From Scyliorhinus canicula (lineage: Eukaryota), in contig NC_052158.1 of NCBI RefSeq assembly GCF_902713615.1, positions 125,398,535 through 125,462,534 of the forward strand: DNA of 64,000 nucleotides. Reading direction: 5' to 3'. Below, piece after piece: positions 36,865-51,397 of this stretch. Every line of letters begins with the position of its first letter. Positions within the stretch are counted from its first letter, which is position 1. The notes beneath the pieces were generated by a model. It saw only the letters and a list, made by a program, of their open reading frames with translations, did no database searches and was not told the DNA's origin. Position numbers and translations under genes: made by a program.

Positions 36865-37192
36865 GGGGCAGCAGGTTAGCATAAATGCTTCACAGCTCCA
36901 GGGTCCCAGGTTCGATTCCCGGCTGGGTCACTGTCTGTGTGGAGTCTGCACGTCCTCCCCGTGTGCGTGGGTTTCCTCCGGGTGCTCCGGTTTCCTCCCA
37001 CAGTCCAAAGATGTGCGGGTTAGGTGGATTGGCCATGCTAAATTGCCCGTAGTGTCCTAATAAAAAAAAGTAAGGTTAAGGGGGGGTTGTTGGGTTACGG
37101 GTATAGGGTGAGTTTGAGTAGGGTGATCATGGCTCGGCACAACATTGAGGGCCGAAGGGCCTGTTCTGTGCTGTACTGTTCTATGTTCTATG
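36865..37192 (+). mobile_element. HE1 / V-SINE with CR1-derived 3' tail
   Basis: V-domain, then gggccgaagggcctgttctgtgctgtactgttctatgttctatg. Confidence 0.85.
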
Positions 37193-38350
37193 AACTGTGA
37201 TCACAATTGCTAATGTAAGAAATGTGTCAGCTATCTTGTACACCACAAGCTCCCACAAACAGCAATGTGATAATGAGCAGATATCCTGCATTTTTTGTGT
37301 GATGTTATTTGAGGGATAAATACTGGCCAGGATGTTGGGGATTATTAGAGTTTAGAAGAGTGAAGAGTGACTTGATTGAAGTATGCAAGGTCCTGAATGG
37401 TCTCAACAAGTAAGGTTAAATCACTGTATTCCCAAATGATCATAAGCTGCTTTCCCCTTTGAGGTGGTGATTTAACCTGAGGTTCACCACACTTCAGGCA
37501 AGGGGCAAGGTTGAAAAACCTCAGCTGGTACAGGAATTGAACCCGTGTGGCTGGCCTTGCTCCGCATCAGGAGTCAAATGTCTAGCCAAGTCAAATAATT
37601 ACCCCCCTCCCCCCGTCTCAGCAAGGTGGACATGGAAAGGATGTTTCTTATTGGTTGTCCGAAACTCGGGGGCACGGTTTTTAAAATTAGGGATTGCCCT
37701 TTTAGGACAGAGCGGGTTGTGCAACTTTGGAACTCCCTGCCTCAGAAGGTGATGGGGTCATTGAATATTTTTAATGCGGTGGTAGATAGATTCTTGTTAT
37801 ACAAGGGAGTTAAAGGCTTTTGTTGGCAGATGGGAACGTGAAATTTGAAACACAAACAGATCAGCTGTGGTCTTATTGAATGGCGAAGTGGACTCATGGG
37901 GGCCGAATGGCCTCTTCTGTTCATATTTTTAATTAACGAATGGAGCCTTGGTTTAGCAGTCAGTGTAATTGACACTGATTGGGCTGCTTTACAGGTGACT
38001 ATTCATTTTATTGATTATGGGGATTGCAGGCACAGTGAGCTTTAGAAGAAGCTTTACTCTTTATTGTCATGTGTTATTCCAACCATGCTTTTACCACTTC
38101 CCCCACTATTCCCCAAAGCGTAAACAAACCCTATATGCATCTGACGAACAGGAACAACAACTATCCTCCGTTACCACCATCAGACTCAGGCTGATGGTAT
38201 TTCTTGCACATTTTATTTTATAAGGAGGTGTGACATAACTCTCGGTATCTTTATATACCTCAAATTTTAATTCACTGAAAATGTAGAAATCTTACATATT
38301 ACTAATTATTTAATTAAACTAGTTATTTAATCTAACTTTATTCCCGAGAA

Positions 38351-38572
38351 GGGTGGCATGGTGGCGCAGTTGTTAGCGCTGCTGCCTCATGGCGCTGAGG
38401 ACCCGTTTCGATCCCAGCCCCAGGTCACTATCTGTGTGGAGTTTGCACATTCTCCCCATGTCTGCGTGGGTCTTACGCCCATAACCAAAAGATATGCGGG
38501 GTAGATGGATTGTCCATGGTAAGATTGCCCCTTAATTGAAAAAAAAATGAATTGGGTACTCTTTAAAAAAAA
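38351..38572 (+). mobile_element. HE1 / V-SINE
   Basis: Head + V-domain + A tail. Confidence 0.8.
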
Positions 38573-38840
38573 TGTATCCCCTAGATCTGATTAATTAATT
38601 GCGCACTATTTGTAATTATTCCTCGGACTCTGTACATAGCAGTTTTTTTTTCCCCCTCAGTCTGCTGAACCCCTAAATTGCCTGCTGTATTGATATCTCA
38701 CTTCAGGGCCTAATTTTCTAACAGTAAAACTACAAGTAATTCAAGAAATTCTCATCATGGGTCTGCAAGCTGGAGACTGTGCTATTGACATTCTCATCGT
38801 GCTTAAATACAATATAACGTATTTCTTTTTTTTTTTAAAG

Positions 38841-38979
38841 AGAGGCTGAGGAATTTGAGCAACTTTCCCAGGGGGATATTCTGCGAATCTGCAATGTGCT
38901 GAGTGATTGCATTGATCAATTAACCATTCTTGGCCTTATCATGCCAGTCTCCTATGAGGAAAGGGCGGATGCAGTCAGT
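38841..38979 (+). CDS. IQCG: IQCG/DRC9 coding exon
   Basis: LSQGDILRICNVLSDCIDQLTILGLIMPVSYE resembles human IQCG ([28 protein letters not shown] as recalled); poly-T AAG acceptor and GTAAGT donor. Confidence 0.9.
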
Positions 38980-39689
38980 GTAAGTGATTCCATAAATCTT
39001 TGGCATTCTTTCCATGTATCGTTGCATCTGCAAAGGTATTAAATAAATTGTTTCATGGCAGATGAAGCACAGCTTTACCAAGGGCATAGAAGGTTTGTCA
39101 GTTAGAAAAATGTGTTTGTCTCAAGAAGACCTAAAGCAGAAAGAAAATAAAATTAAAATTAAAATTGGAATGAAGTACTAGTAAAGATATCAGTCTAAAT
39201 ACCTTATTCCCTCAGTGCTAAGTGAATTTCAGTAGTTCAATGATATAGTGAAATCAATTGTATTCCACAAGCTTATCATGACGTAGCATCACAGTCCCCA
39301 CTGAGCTTTGCAAAGGTGCAAAGTATTTTGGTGTAATGTTTTGAGAGGAAACCATAAACAATATCTACTGGTGCCAAATTTCCATAACCCTAGGACAAAG
39401 AGTCTAGAATGACATCCATTGTTTATACCTGTCTCGGAATCTGAGATAATTTCAGTTCTATCGGAAGTACATTTCTCAGGAAAAACGGAATTGTAAATGT
39501 TTGATCACCTTGTAACCAATGTGATTACATTTTGAATTCTATCACTGTGCAACAGTTCTGGTACCCAGGATACAGAATTGAAACTGGCTTGCAGGTACAT
39601 TGGAGGAGAATAATTAGTAAATTGAATCTTCTTTACTTCCCACCCTTGTCTACACATAATCACTTAGAGAAGTGACAAGATATTGTTTT

Positions 39690-40245
39690 TGTTTAAATTT
39701 AGAGTACCCAATTATTATTTTCCAATTAAGGGACAAGTTTAATGTGGTCAAGCCACCAAACCTACACATCTTGGGTTGTGGGGGTGAAATCCACGCAGAA
39801 ACGGAGAGAATTCGCAAACTCCACACAGACAGTGACATGGGGCCGGATCGAACCCAGGTCCTCAGCGCTGTAAGCAGCAGTGCCAACCACTGTGTCACCA
39901 TGCTGCCCCAACAAGATATCGGTGAACATAGAACATACAGTGCAGAAGGAGGCCATTCGGCCCATAGAGTCTGCGCCGACCCACTTAAGCCCTCACTTCC
40001 ACCCTATTCCCATAACCCAATAACCCCTCCTAACCTTTTTTGGGCACTAAGGGCAATTTATCATGGCCAATCCACCTAACCTGCACGTCTTTGGACTGTG
40101 GGAGGAAACCGGAGCACCCGGAGGAAACCCACACCGACACGAGGAGAAGGTGCAGATTCCGCACAGACAGTGACCCAGCAGGGAATCAAACCTGGGATCC
40201 TGGCGCTGTGAAGCCACAGTGCAAATCACTTGTGCTACCGTGCTG
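39690..40245 (-). mobile_element. Two tandem HE1 / V-SINEs
   Basis: Two V-domain copies. Confidence 0.8.
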
Positions 40246-40545
40246 GTGTGGGATAGAAAATAATTACATTCCGTCAGGTGGACATACCCCTCTGAAGTTG
40301 GAGTTTAGAGGTGAAATTACAAGATTATGTCACAAGATGCCCAAAAGGTATTCTGAATTGTATCCTTCACTTTGATGAGCATAATCCCTCTTCAAAAAAA
40401 TATTTAAATTGGGGAAAATGAATTCAGTTGGGCACTTGTGATAAAAGGAGATTAGGCCCTACCTAAATTTGTCAAACTAAGTTCAGAAATGGAATCATCA
40501 TATAACTCTTCCGTTATAGTTCTCATTTTGATGACCACCAGAATT

Positions 40546-43500
40546 TCTTTTTTAAGTTTAAACACAATTACTGTTTATTTACAACAAGAACTATAATGAA
40601 CAATGTAGCACATGCAACTGTTTAACGATTACAAAATATTGAAGACATTTTTCATTATAACAAAATAATACCACACCATACCACTCATAAAGATGCAACT
40701 TAAAAATAATACAATCAAAACTCAACAATCCCACTAAACCAATTCTTCAAACTAAACCCCCCCCCCCCTCCCCCCCCCCCCCCCCCCAATAGCTGACGGT
40801 GACTAACTCTTTGAAAAAGGAAATTAATGACTGCCATCGAGTAGAACCCTTGCACTGACCCCCTAATGATGTGTTTTTAAAATTATTTTTAAAAAATGTT
40901 TCTATTGAGGTTTTTTTTGTAATACACAGAACAAAGATAAGCATGGAGATGCATTTGAAAACAAAAGAGAAATATATACACATCGCGCGGCTTCTGTTAT
41001 TTACATCGGTTGTCTTACGTTGTTTGCAATGGTTACAACTTCTTCTTTTTAGTTTTCCAGTAGGCATTTGGTTCTGGCTGGATCCTCTGCTCCCCTCTGC
41101 CCCCTTTCGTCCTGAGCACCCTCCCTCTCTGGCCATCTGCCATGCCTTCTTCTCTCGTCTGCTCTCGTGTCCTGCTTCAGTTGGATTAGCATGGTGCCGT
41201 GTATTTTCCTATTTGTTGGGGATGGTTGGGTTCCATGCCTCCTTATTCTCCTCTCCCCCCCTCTCCTCCTCCCCCCCCCATCTTGTTATACCGTGACTAC
41301 CTTTGACTTATTGAAGAGATCTGGCTGTTCTGATACCTCGAAGACTGCCACTTTTGGGCAAGGCTCCACCCTCCTCCACACCACCTTGGACATTGCCTCG
41401 AAGAAGACTGTCCAAAACCCAACAAGTCTGTGGCAAGACCAGAACATGTGGGCATGGTTGGCCAAGCCTCCTTGGCACTATTCAGATTTATCCTCCACCT
41501 CCGGGAAGAACCTGCTCATTCAGGTTCTCGTTAAGTGGGCTCTGTGCCCCACTTTCTGCTGTAGTAGGCTTAGCCTTGCATGTGGAGGTGGAGTTGACCC
41601 TGTGCAGTGCTTCGTTCCAGAGTCCCCATCCAATTTCAAATCCCAAGTCCTCCTCCCACTTTTCTTTTGTCTCGTCCCATTGAGTGTGAGCTCTCCTTTG
41701 TAGTCACCCATACATGTTGCCGCAATTCCCCTTCCCTAGAATGTCCACGTCCAGTGGATCCTTGAGCAGTGATTCTCTTTTTCTTCTTTTAAAAAAATTT
41801 AGAGTACCCAATTCATTTTTCCAATTAAGGGGCAATTTAGCGTGGCTAATGCACCTAGCCTGCATATCTTTGGGTTGTGGCGGCGAAACCCACGCAAACA
41901 CGTGAAGAATGTGCAAACTCCACACGGACAGTGACCCAGAGCCGCGATCGAACCTGGGACCTCGGTGCCGTGAGGCAGCAGGGCTAACCCACTGCGCCAC
42001 CGTGCTGCTCTCTCAAGCAGTGATTGTTGTGGTGATCGTGTGTATGTCCTCATTTCCCTGAGTAAGACGCTTTTGACCTGCATGTATCTTAGTTTGTCCT
42101 TTACACTCCCTCGATCAGGCAGGTCAGGTTCTATTTAGAACATAGAACATAGAACAGTACAGCACAGAACAGGCCCTTCGGCCCTCGATGTTGTGCCGAG
42201 CAATGATCACCCTACTCAAACCCACGTATCCACCCTATACCCGTAACCCAACAACCCCCCCCCCCCCCCCCCCCCACCTTACTTTTTTGTGGATCTCTGT
42301 CCAGGCATGAGCGATTTGAATCTCCAGCTAGCGGAATTTGTGTTGGACCTGTTTAAATGGCATTCCCTCCAGCTCTGCCCCTCTCCCTTGCGGGTTCACC
42401 TGGTAGATCTCGCTTTTGCTCAGGGTGAGTTTGTAGCCGGAGAAGGCTCCAAACTCTTTCGAGAGCGCTGTGATTCCTTCCATGTTACTTTGCGGGTCTG
42501 AGATGTAGAGGAGCAGCTCATCCACATAGAGTGAGACTCTCCAGGGCTGTCTCCTCTCCAGATCCCCTTGCAATTATTTGCCGCTCTCAGCATGATCGCC
42601 AGTGGTCCGATCGCTAGGGTGAACAACAGTGTGGACAATGGACTACCCTGCCTTGTACCTCTGTTCAGTTGGAAGTACTTTGAGCTGGCGGTATTTGTCC
42701 TACACTCTCTGTGGGAGTGCTGCACAGGAGTTTCACCCAGGCGGTGACCCTGTTCCAAGCCCGAACCGCTCCAGTATCCCTATGAGGTACTTCCATTTGA
42801 CTCTGTCGTAGCCTTTCCGTGTCAAGGGAGACAATCAACCTCGGGTTTAGCCGGCGCCTGACGTTCGATGATAGCTGTTTACCTTTGGCAAAGCCTATTT
42901 GGTTTTCTGCTACGGAATCCTTCAGCCTCTTGGCTAGGATCTTGCCCAGTATATTTGTGTCTGTAAGATGGGTCTGTAAGATCCGCATTCTGTTGGGTCT
43001 TTATCTTTCTTGGGTATCAGCAAGATTGAGGTTAATACTAGTGTGGGCAGCAGTGTGCCCCTTGCCAGTGAATCTATGAATATCTCCCGCAGGTGCGGGG
43101 CCAGTGCCGACACAAATTATTTGTAGAAGTCTGCTGGGAATCCGTCCGGTCTGGTGCCTTCCCCACCTGCATGGAGTCAATACTCTCCATGACTTTTCCC
43201 AGTTCTAGTGGTGCTTCTAGGCCTATCGTCCCCCACGACTGGAATATCTAGTCCATTGAGGAACTGCTTCATCCTCAAGTCCCCTGCTGGGGGCTCGGAG
43301 ATGTACAGCTCCCGGTAGAAGGTCTCGAATGCCTCGTTGACCTTTTCCAGATCCGCTACTAGTTTGGCTTTGCTGTCCCGAGGAGTTTGGTTTTGTCTCC
43401 GTGCTCGTACAGAGTCCCCCGTGCCTGGCAGAATTGGTGCACTGCTTTCCACATGGAGAACACGTCGAAGTCCATTTGTAGCTTTTTCCTCTCCGCCAGG

Positions 43501-45289
43501 AACTCTACGGTCGGGCCTCGGAGTATCGCCAATCTACTTCCAGTATCGAGTTGACTAGCTATTGCCTAGCCACTCTCTCTTCCTCATCTTTCCGTGCTTT
43601 AGAAGTGATAATTTCACCCTGATCACAGCCTTCAGCACCTCCCAGAACATGGAGGGTGAGACCACCCCAATCTGGTAACAATTAGTAACATACTCGTCTA
43701 GGCCTGTGATATTTTCTTGCAGAAAGTCTTATTGGCCAGGAGGACCGTTTCCATGGGGGGCTTTGGGCACGGCCCGTCTCCAACCTCACATTCACGTCCA
43801 AAACACAATTTAAGCTCACACCCCCTTACATTCCAAGTGACCAGCCAAATTGGGGACTTTCAACGGTCCTCCGACCCAGAATAAGCCATTTCCACCAAAC
43901 AGGGTAATCCAACAAATACTTAGAGTAAAGGCACCGGGTCCACCCAAGATCAAGACAAAAACAAAGAAAAAACTGTAGTCACCGTCAGAAAACACTCCCC
44001 CCCCCTCCCCCCCCCCCCCGCAAACAATACCACATCCAAATAATCAATCAAACAACCAAAAAGGCGAACTTAGATCCTTAACCTCCACCTCAACTGCCCA
44101 ACCCCAAAGAAACAAAAACGCAAAGCTCATCATCTAAAACTACTGCAGGAGCTGCCGTTACCCCCACCAATCCGCTCCTGTTAGCTAACTCTTCAGCCAG
44201 CAGGATGGCCCCCCCACCCAGAGTGAAACAAATAAATAACCATAATCACAGCCCCCTGCCCAAATCAAACTTTAATAATCAAAGAAAAAACACTCATGCC
44301 ACAAAAGAACAAGAAAATACAAAACGTGCACAAGAAACTCCAACAAGCCCCATAACTATGTGCCCTCCCACACATACAAAGACCTTGTGAACATTACAAT
44401 TAACTCGCCCAGCCCATGCTTCATAACAAAAAGCACTTGCCCACTCTGGCCCATCAAAATAATAGTCCTTCATATCAAAAGTAACTGAGATGTGCAGGGT
44501 ATACCACCCGAAATTGAACTCCACTCTTGTACAACGTGGCCTTGGCCTTGTCAAACACTGACTGCTTTTTTAGCCAGTGACCGATGGACTGGCTCCAGCT
44601 CGGGAGGGAATGTCAATCAACCCTCCCCCACCATCTTCCCAAACATCTTTGAGATATAATCCGTTGGATTTGAGCCTTCCATTCCCTCCGGCAATGCCAT
44701 GATTTTAAGATTCTATCTCCTGGAGCAAATCTTCAAATTATTTACCTTGGCCCTCAGTGCTTTATGAACACCAGCCATTATTATCACCTCAGCTTCCAAA
44801 GAGCCAATCTGATTGCTCTGCCTTGAGAGAGCCAATTCCACACCCTGTATCACCGAGCCATGCATCTTTACCATCTCATCAGTCTTCTGCAGTGCCAACT
44901 GAATGGGAGCTAGGACCTCTTCTAATGATCTGTGGAGGTCCTTGGAGACAATCCACCGCTGATTCTGAAATTCTGTTGCCAAGATTCCTGAAAGTATCTC
45001 TGCTGCCAATGGAGTGGTCAGAATCGCAGTAGTGGCTTCTTGCCATTTTCTTAACCGAAAAACCTCAGGAGGCTTCCGAATCCAGTGATGAATTTTTATT
45101 TGCAAGGCTCATTGTCCTGTACTTTCTGGGCATATCTTTGGCGTGAAAATCTTATTCCATCAAAATGGTGGTTTTAGCTGGAAAACCCTCCCAAAAAACA
45201 GGCAAAAAGGACAAAAATAAAGTATCCTGGTGGGAGCCACCTTGTGTATGACTACACCCTACATGCCGCCACAACAAGCCCACCGATGG
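40546..45289 (-). mobile_element. Degenerate near full-length L1-clade LINE with nested SINEs
   Basis: ORF1 coiled coil ending LRAKVNNLKICSRR (44713-45105); decayed RT motifs; 11-bp TSD ccaccagaatt at 40535 and 45290. Confidence 0.85.
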
Positions 45290-46123
45290 CCACCAGAATT
45301 AACTGACAATAAACTTACAACAAAATCTCTGCTGTCCAGGTATTGTTGTCCCATCTGGTATACTCGAGCATTAGTATTAACTGTAAAGAAAAGAAGAGAA
45401 AATGTTCATAGATCTCAAAACCAAGGTATGAGGTAGACATTTGGACAGTCCAAACTATTTTATGGATTCCCACAAGCTCTAGCCTATCCTACAACCATTA
45501 ACATGAGCTCTGAGATCAGTTTGATAGGTGCTAGCAACCCTTTGATACATTGTCCAAATTCACACAGCAGTAAATTGAAGGGGTGTAGGTTAGGTTGCTC
45601 TTCGATTAGGATAAATGGTCGGCACATCATAGTGGGCTGAAGGGCCTGTACTGTGCTGTACTGTTCTATGTTCTATGTGAACATGGCAGCTATGCCGAAG
45701 CTTACGCACGAATGTGTGCTTTACAGCAGTTTAAACCCTTTAGATTCCCCTCTCAGGGCTTTTGTGTTTAAAATTTACTTAGAATATAAATTACAATCAA
45801 TCTAAATTGTCCACATAAGTTGAAGTGTTAATTACAGCACTGTATGTCAATACACTCAAGGTTTTAATGTTGTTCCTGTCCTGCGTGTCCCGGTGTCTGA
45901 AAAGTTATGGTGTTAGAATGATTAAAATCTAGGTTGTTACAATCTCTTACGATATTTGAACAGACACCTGCAAAACAACACCGCTTGTTTAATTAGAAGC
46001 AAAAAAAGATCACATTTATTTCATACAAATTATGCTTTTTAAAATTCTGAAGTTCTCAGCATACCTGAGCACAACAGCATTTGATCTCTCCAAAGGAAGA
46101 TCTCACATTTGTTTCATATCCAG

Positions 46124-46374
46124 ATCGTAGGAAATGAAATTGACATGGTACTCACAAGTCAGAAGCATGTGGAGACCAAGTTTCAGGAGCTGATATCTTC
46201 TCGATCAGATAAGAAGGAGGAGATTGGAAAAGCTTCCAGAGAAAAACTGGCTGAGCTGGGAGAGCAAATTGAAAAGACTTCAGGGGATCTGAAGAGGAGC
46301 ACTCAGCTCTTGAAAACATCTCTAAAACAGAGCCCACTTACTGCTGATAATCTGACAAAAGTACAAGCTGACAG
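46124..46374 (+). CDS. IQCG: IQCG/DRC9 coding exon
   Basis: IVGNEIDM...QSPLTADNLTKVQADR; CAG acceptor and GTGAGA donor; phase 0 to 2 fits both neighbours. Confidence 0.88.
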
Positions 46375-46439
46375 GTGAGATCCCAAAGAATAACGTCTAA
46401 GTGTCAATGCATTTTAATGTAAATCTTGTAGTCCGAATA

Positions 46440-47110
46440 TCCGATCTTCTTAAGGTTACGTGCAGGTTCAGTCGGCGTTTAAGAGGCAAATGCAATGTTA
46501 GCATTTCGGGTCAAGAGGGCTACAATACAAAACAGGGATGTACTTCTGAGGCTGTATAAGCCTTGTCAGACCCCTTTGGAGTATTCTGAGCAGTTTTGAT
46601 CTAGGGAAGGATGTGTTGGCCTTGGAAGGGTCCAGAGGAGGTTCCACAAGAAATACCCCTAGAATTAAGAACTTGTCGTATGAGGAACAGTTGAGGATTC
46701 TGGGTCTATACTCGTGGAGTTTAGAAAGGATGGGGGGATCTTATTGAAATTTACAGGATACTGTGGAGGCCTGGATAGAGTGGACGTGAAGAGCCATGTT
46801 CCACTTGTAGGAAAAACTAGAACCAGAGGACTCCATCTCAGACTAAAGGGACGATTCTTTAAAACAGAGATGAGGAGGAATTTATCAGCCAGAGATGGTG
46901 AATCTGTGAACTCTTTGCCGCAAGAAGGTTGTGGAGGTCAAATCACTGAGTATCTTTAAGACAGAGATAGATAGGTATCTTGATTAATAAGGGGATCAGG
47001 GGTTATGGAGAAGCAGGAGAATGGGGATGAGAAAATATCAGCCCATGATGAATGGCAAGAGCAACCGATGGGCCGAGTGGCATAATTCTGCTCTATGTCT
47101 TATGGTCTTA
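46440..47110 (+). mobile_element. CR1 3' fragment
   Basis: RT C-terminal motifs and a (TCTTATG)n-like tail. Confidence 0.8.
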
Positions 47111-47204
47111 TATAATCCAAATCCTAATCTACAAATTCAATAGACAGGTCAAAATGTATATATAATTTCATTTTATTGCCCATGATCAAATATATATATA
47201 TTTT

Positions 47205-49050
47205 TTATTCGTTCATGGGCCAAGCCAGCATTATTGCCCCATTCCTGAGAGCATTTTAAGAGTCAACCAATTGCTGTGGGTCCTGGAGTCACATGTAGGC
47301 CATGCCAGGTAAGAATACAGATTTCCTTTCCTGAAAGATATTAGTGAACACGAATGAGTTTATTACATTTTTAAAAAAAATTCTCCTTTTCACATTTTTC
47401 CCAAATGTCACCCCCACCAATAAACCATAATCAGTAACAGATATGTCAATCCCCATATCCATAACACGATCCCAGCCTCCACCAAACCCAACATGAGCCC
47501 GCATGTTCACACAAACAAATGACAAAAGAAATTAGGGATCACCATAGTCGCCATTATACACCACAGCTCCCTCCCCCCAACCCGCCCCAACAAATGTTTG
47601 ATGTTATCCAGTTCCTCGAAACTACATAATGAATATGCTCATGAATTGTAGAACCCCTCCATCCTTCCCCTCAGTTCAAACTAACCTTCTCAGAGTCAGA
47701 ATTCCAATAGGTCCCCCACCACGTCAGGGCACAGGCTGGAGAGATTGCTGTCCAACTTATCAGGATCCGCCTTCGGGGATCAATGAGGCGAGGCTATACA
47801 ATCTGCCTCCGCACCCGTTTCCAACCCTGGCTAGTCTGACACCCTGATATGGCCTCCCAGGGGCCCGGTCCAGTTCCACGTGCACCATTTTAGAAATTAC
47901 CTTCTTATCCTTCCAGTAATCCTTTAGCTTTGGACAGGACCAAAACATACGAATTGGATTAGCGGGGCCACCCCCGCAACGTTCCGACACATCTCTACTC
48001 TTCAAAAGAATCGGCTCATCCTCGTGAGGTTGGCTCTCTATACCACCTTCAGCTGTATCAGCCCCACCTGCCGCACAAGGTGGAGGCATTCACTCTCCGG
48101 AGCCACCTCACACCAGAACCACCTCCTCCATATCTTCTCCCTACTCTTCCTCCCACTTTGCTTTGATCTCTCCGTGGTGCCTTCTCCTCCTCTAAAATAG
48201 CTCCGTAACCGCTGACACTACCCACTTCTCCAGTGTCCCTGTCGTCAGCACTTCCTCCAGCAATCTGGAAGCCGGCTATACTGGAAGCTCTGTATCTTCT
48301 TTTCTGGCAAAGTCTCGACTCTGCATGTATCTAAATATTTCCCCCTGCTGCAGCCCATACTTTCGCTTCCAGCTCCTTCAATCCTGCAAACCGACCTCTA
48401 GAAACAAATCTTTTAAGTGTCTTAATCCCCTTCTCCTCCCATTTTCCGAAATTTCCATCCCACTCCCTGGCTTAAATCTGTGGTTCCCCCGAATCGGCAT
48501 TTCCCTTGACTCTGCCCCCAACCCTAAGTGTTGGCAAAACTGCCTCCAAATTCTCAACAAGCTATTATTACTGGAATTCCTGAGTATTTCCTCGGGGCAC
48601 TCGGGAGCGGCGATGTTGCTAGTGCTTTCAATCCTGACCCCCTGCACAAACTCCCGCTGTGGAATCAACCCCTCCGACCCAGCTCCACCTTCTCCACATT
48701 CGCTGCCCAGTAGTAATACATCAGGTTCGGAAGACCCCAAACTACCCTGCCTGCCTTCCCCCTCTGTAGCAGCACCTTTCTAACTCTGGCCACCTTCCCT
48801 CCCCATATGAACAAAGTAATCCTTCCCTCAATCTCTCTGAAAAAAACTTTTGGCAGGAAAATCGGCAGGCATTGAAAAATAAACAGAAATTGCGGCAAGA
48901 ACCATATAAGTTTATTGGTCATCACTAATTTTAATTTTAATTGAATTCAAATTCAACCATCTGCCATGGTGGGATCGAAGGCGAGTCTCCAGAGCATTAC
49001 CCTGGGTGTTTGGATTAGTAGCTCAACAACAGTACCACTACACCCTACGG
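47205..49050 (-). mobile_element. SacSINE1/Deu-type SINE split by an L1 3' fragment (47368-48908)
   Basis: Deu-like cagatttcctttcctgaaagatattagtgaac; L1 ORF2 C-terminus (LPNLMYYYWAAN, MFWSCPKL); agtttatt on both sides. Confidence 0.7.
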
Positions 49051-49801
49051 CCGGTCCCCTGAAGTGGAAGGTTGTACTTTCTTACCCTCATAGTGATGAG
49101 TAATACTCAGCAGCAACCTTTATGTATTAAAAATGAAGCAAGTTATTTTAATTTCCCACACACCTTCTTTGAAAATTACATAAAAAGCTTGATGCCATCA
49201 CTTGACTGACTCGCAAAACTATCACGTACACAAAAAACAGGTAATTATAACTAAGTCTCTATTTTGTTGATGGCCGGATTTTTCTTGCTTCTGAGTTTGA
49301 TATAATAATCTTTATTATTGTCACACGTAGCCTGACATTAACACTGCAATGAAGTTACTGTGAAAATCCCCGAGTCACACTCTGGCACCTGTTCTGGTAC
49401 ACAGAGGGAGAATTGTGGGAGGGACCCACACAGACACGGGGGAAAACGTGATGACCTTCCGCACAGACAGTGATCCAAGCCGGAATCGAACCCGGGACCC
49501 TGGCGCTGTGAAGCAACAGTGCTAACCACGGCTACTATGCGCCCCATTCCTTTGCCAAAAGTCAGGTCTTGAAAAGCAAAGACTCTTATATTAGATCTGC
49601 CAGAGGCTGAGAACTCAGATAAACATGGCCAGAAACAGGTTCGAGGAGAGTCCTTGTTCCTTCTGCATTTACTTAGGTTGCTCAGCTGACTGCAGTGGCA
49701 GATGGCTCTTTGCAGAACCCTCTCTGTTGGAAGTCAGTCTTGAAGCCTTTGAAGATGTTTCTCTCCAAGTCAGTTTGAAATTCTGTTAATATCTGTTAGC
49801 A

Positions 49802-50030
49802 GGGCAGCACGGTGGCGCAATGGCTTAGCCCTGCAGCCTCATGGCGCCGACGTCCCAGGTTCGATCCCGGCTCTGCGTCACTGTCCATGTCGAGTTTGTA
49901 CATTCTCCCCGTGTTTGCGTGGGTTTCGCCCCCACAACCCAAAGATGTGCAGGCTAGGTAGATTGGCCACAGTAAATTGCCCCAAAATTGGAAAAGAATA
50001 ATTGGGTGCACTAAATCTATTTAAAAAAAA
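49802..50030 (+). mobile_element. HE1 / V-SINE (full length)
   Basis: Head + V-domain + A tail. Confidence 0.85.
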
Positions 50031-51397
50031 TATTTGTTAGCAGGTAACAAAGATGGCTGCTGCTCACATGAGTTTTGAATCATGGTTCAAATTAAATATT
50101 ATGACAATTCAATTAAACAATTGGATCCTTTTCCCATCGGTGTCTTTGAAAAGACAATTTCACATTTTTTTACAATTATGGTTTTGGTAAGATTTTGTTT
50201 ACCTCCTGGTCTGACAAACATCAAGCCAATTTCAACTCTTTGCTCTCTTGAGACAGAAAATTGTTTGTAATTCACAAAGGTGTCTGATGGTCTTCAGGAA
50301 CCATCTTGAATTTCCATGTTGCAAGATGTAGCTTTTAAAAATATCGTTGTTTAAAGAATTAAGGCTGTGACAATTAAATTAGATATTTAGTGTTTGTCTC
50401 AAGTGATTTGTATTCCTACATGAACATGATTCCTTAGTTTTCCTGTTATAGCTTTATCAAGCAAACACATGTCCACGCATGGTTTAATCACTGACCACTT
50501 CCTTATTTTCTTCACCCTCCCAAATCCCTTTGCCCTCCGTTAATCCTATTTTCTTCAGCATAACTCCAAATTTGTTATAACGTGCTATCAAACTCCATAT
50601 AGCATACACCTGTACCTTCATTCTCCATTCCCCCCATATGGTTATAGCAGTTATTTTGCTGAAAACTGAAGTCCACCATTGATGGCCCTGTCCCCAACCC
50701 TTTACAATTGTAACTCCATTTTTACTTTATTTCCAAATACAAATTGACCCAGGGATTAGAAAGCAATCATCAAATCTATTTTAGTTATACTCTGCCAGGT
50801 CTCGCTCTACTCTGCCAATATGGTCCCACCTCCAGGATAATTTGGGACCACAGTAGCTTTATTATTCACTGCTCCTTAAACCCACTCCTCTGTATTTTTT
50901 TGGTACCCTCAGCCAACACAGATATCTGTTTCTGAGATAGAGACCATCTGTTAAGATACCTTTGTTGCTGCTCCTCCTTTCCCATGAATCCAAACCCTTC
51001 TCAGTCTGCCTCGTGCCCTAGCCCTGGCCTTCTTTCTACCCTCTCCAAGCTCATCTCATCTATGAGACATTCCTGTTCCTTTGACCCCATTCCCACTAAA
51101 TTCCTGATCATCCAATTTCCCTCCCTGGATTTGATTCTAACCAATATTGTATATGATCGTTGCCCCAGGTGCTATTCCTCCAGCCCCATTCCAAAACCAC
51201 ACCATTGCACAAACTGAACATGTACTCCATCATGTTTATTCTTTATTCATACTGTCATTATTTATTCATAATGACCATTGCTTTCCATAACTAGGACCCA
51301 GACTTGAGTTAGCTTCAAACTCTTTCTAAGCAGAAGCTTTCCTGAGGTAGTATAGCTAATCCAGAAATTCATTTGCTGCTTTGTCAAGCCAGTGGCA

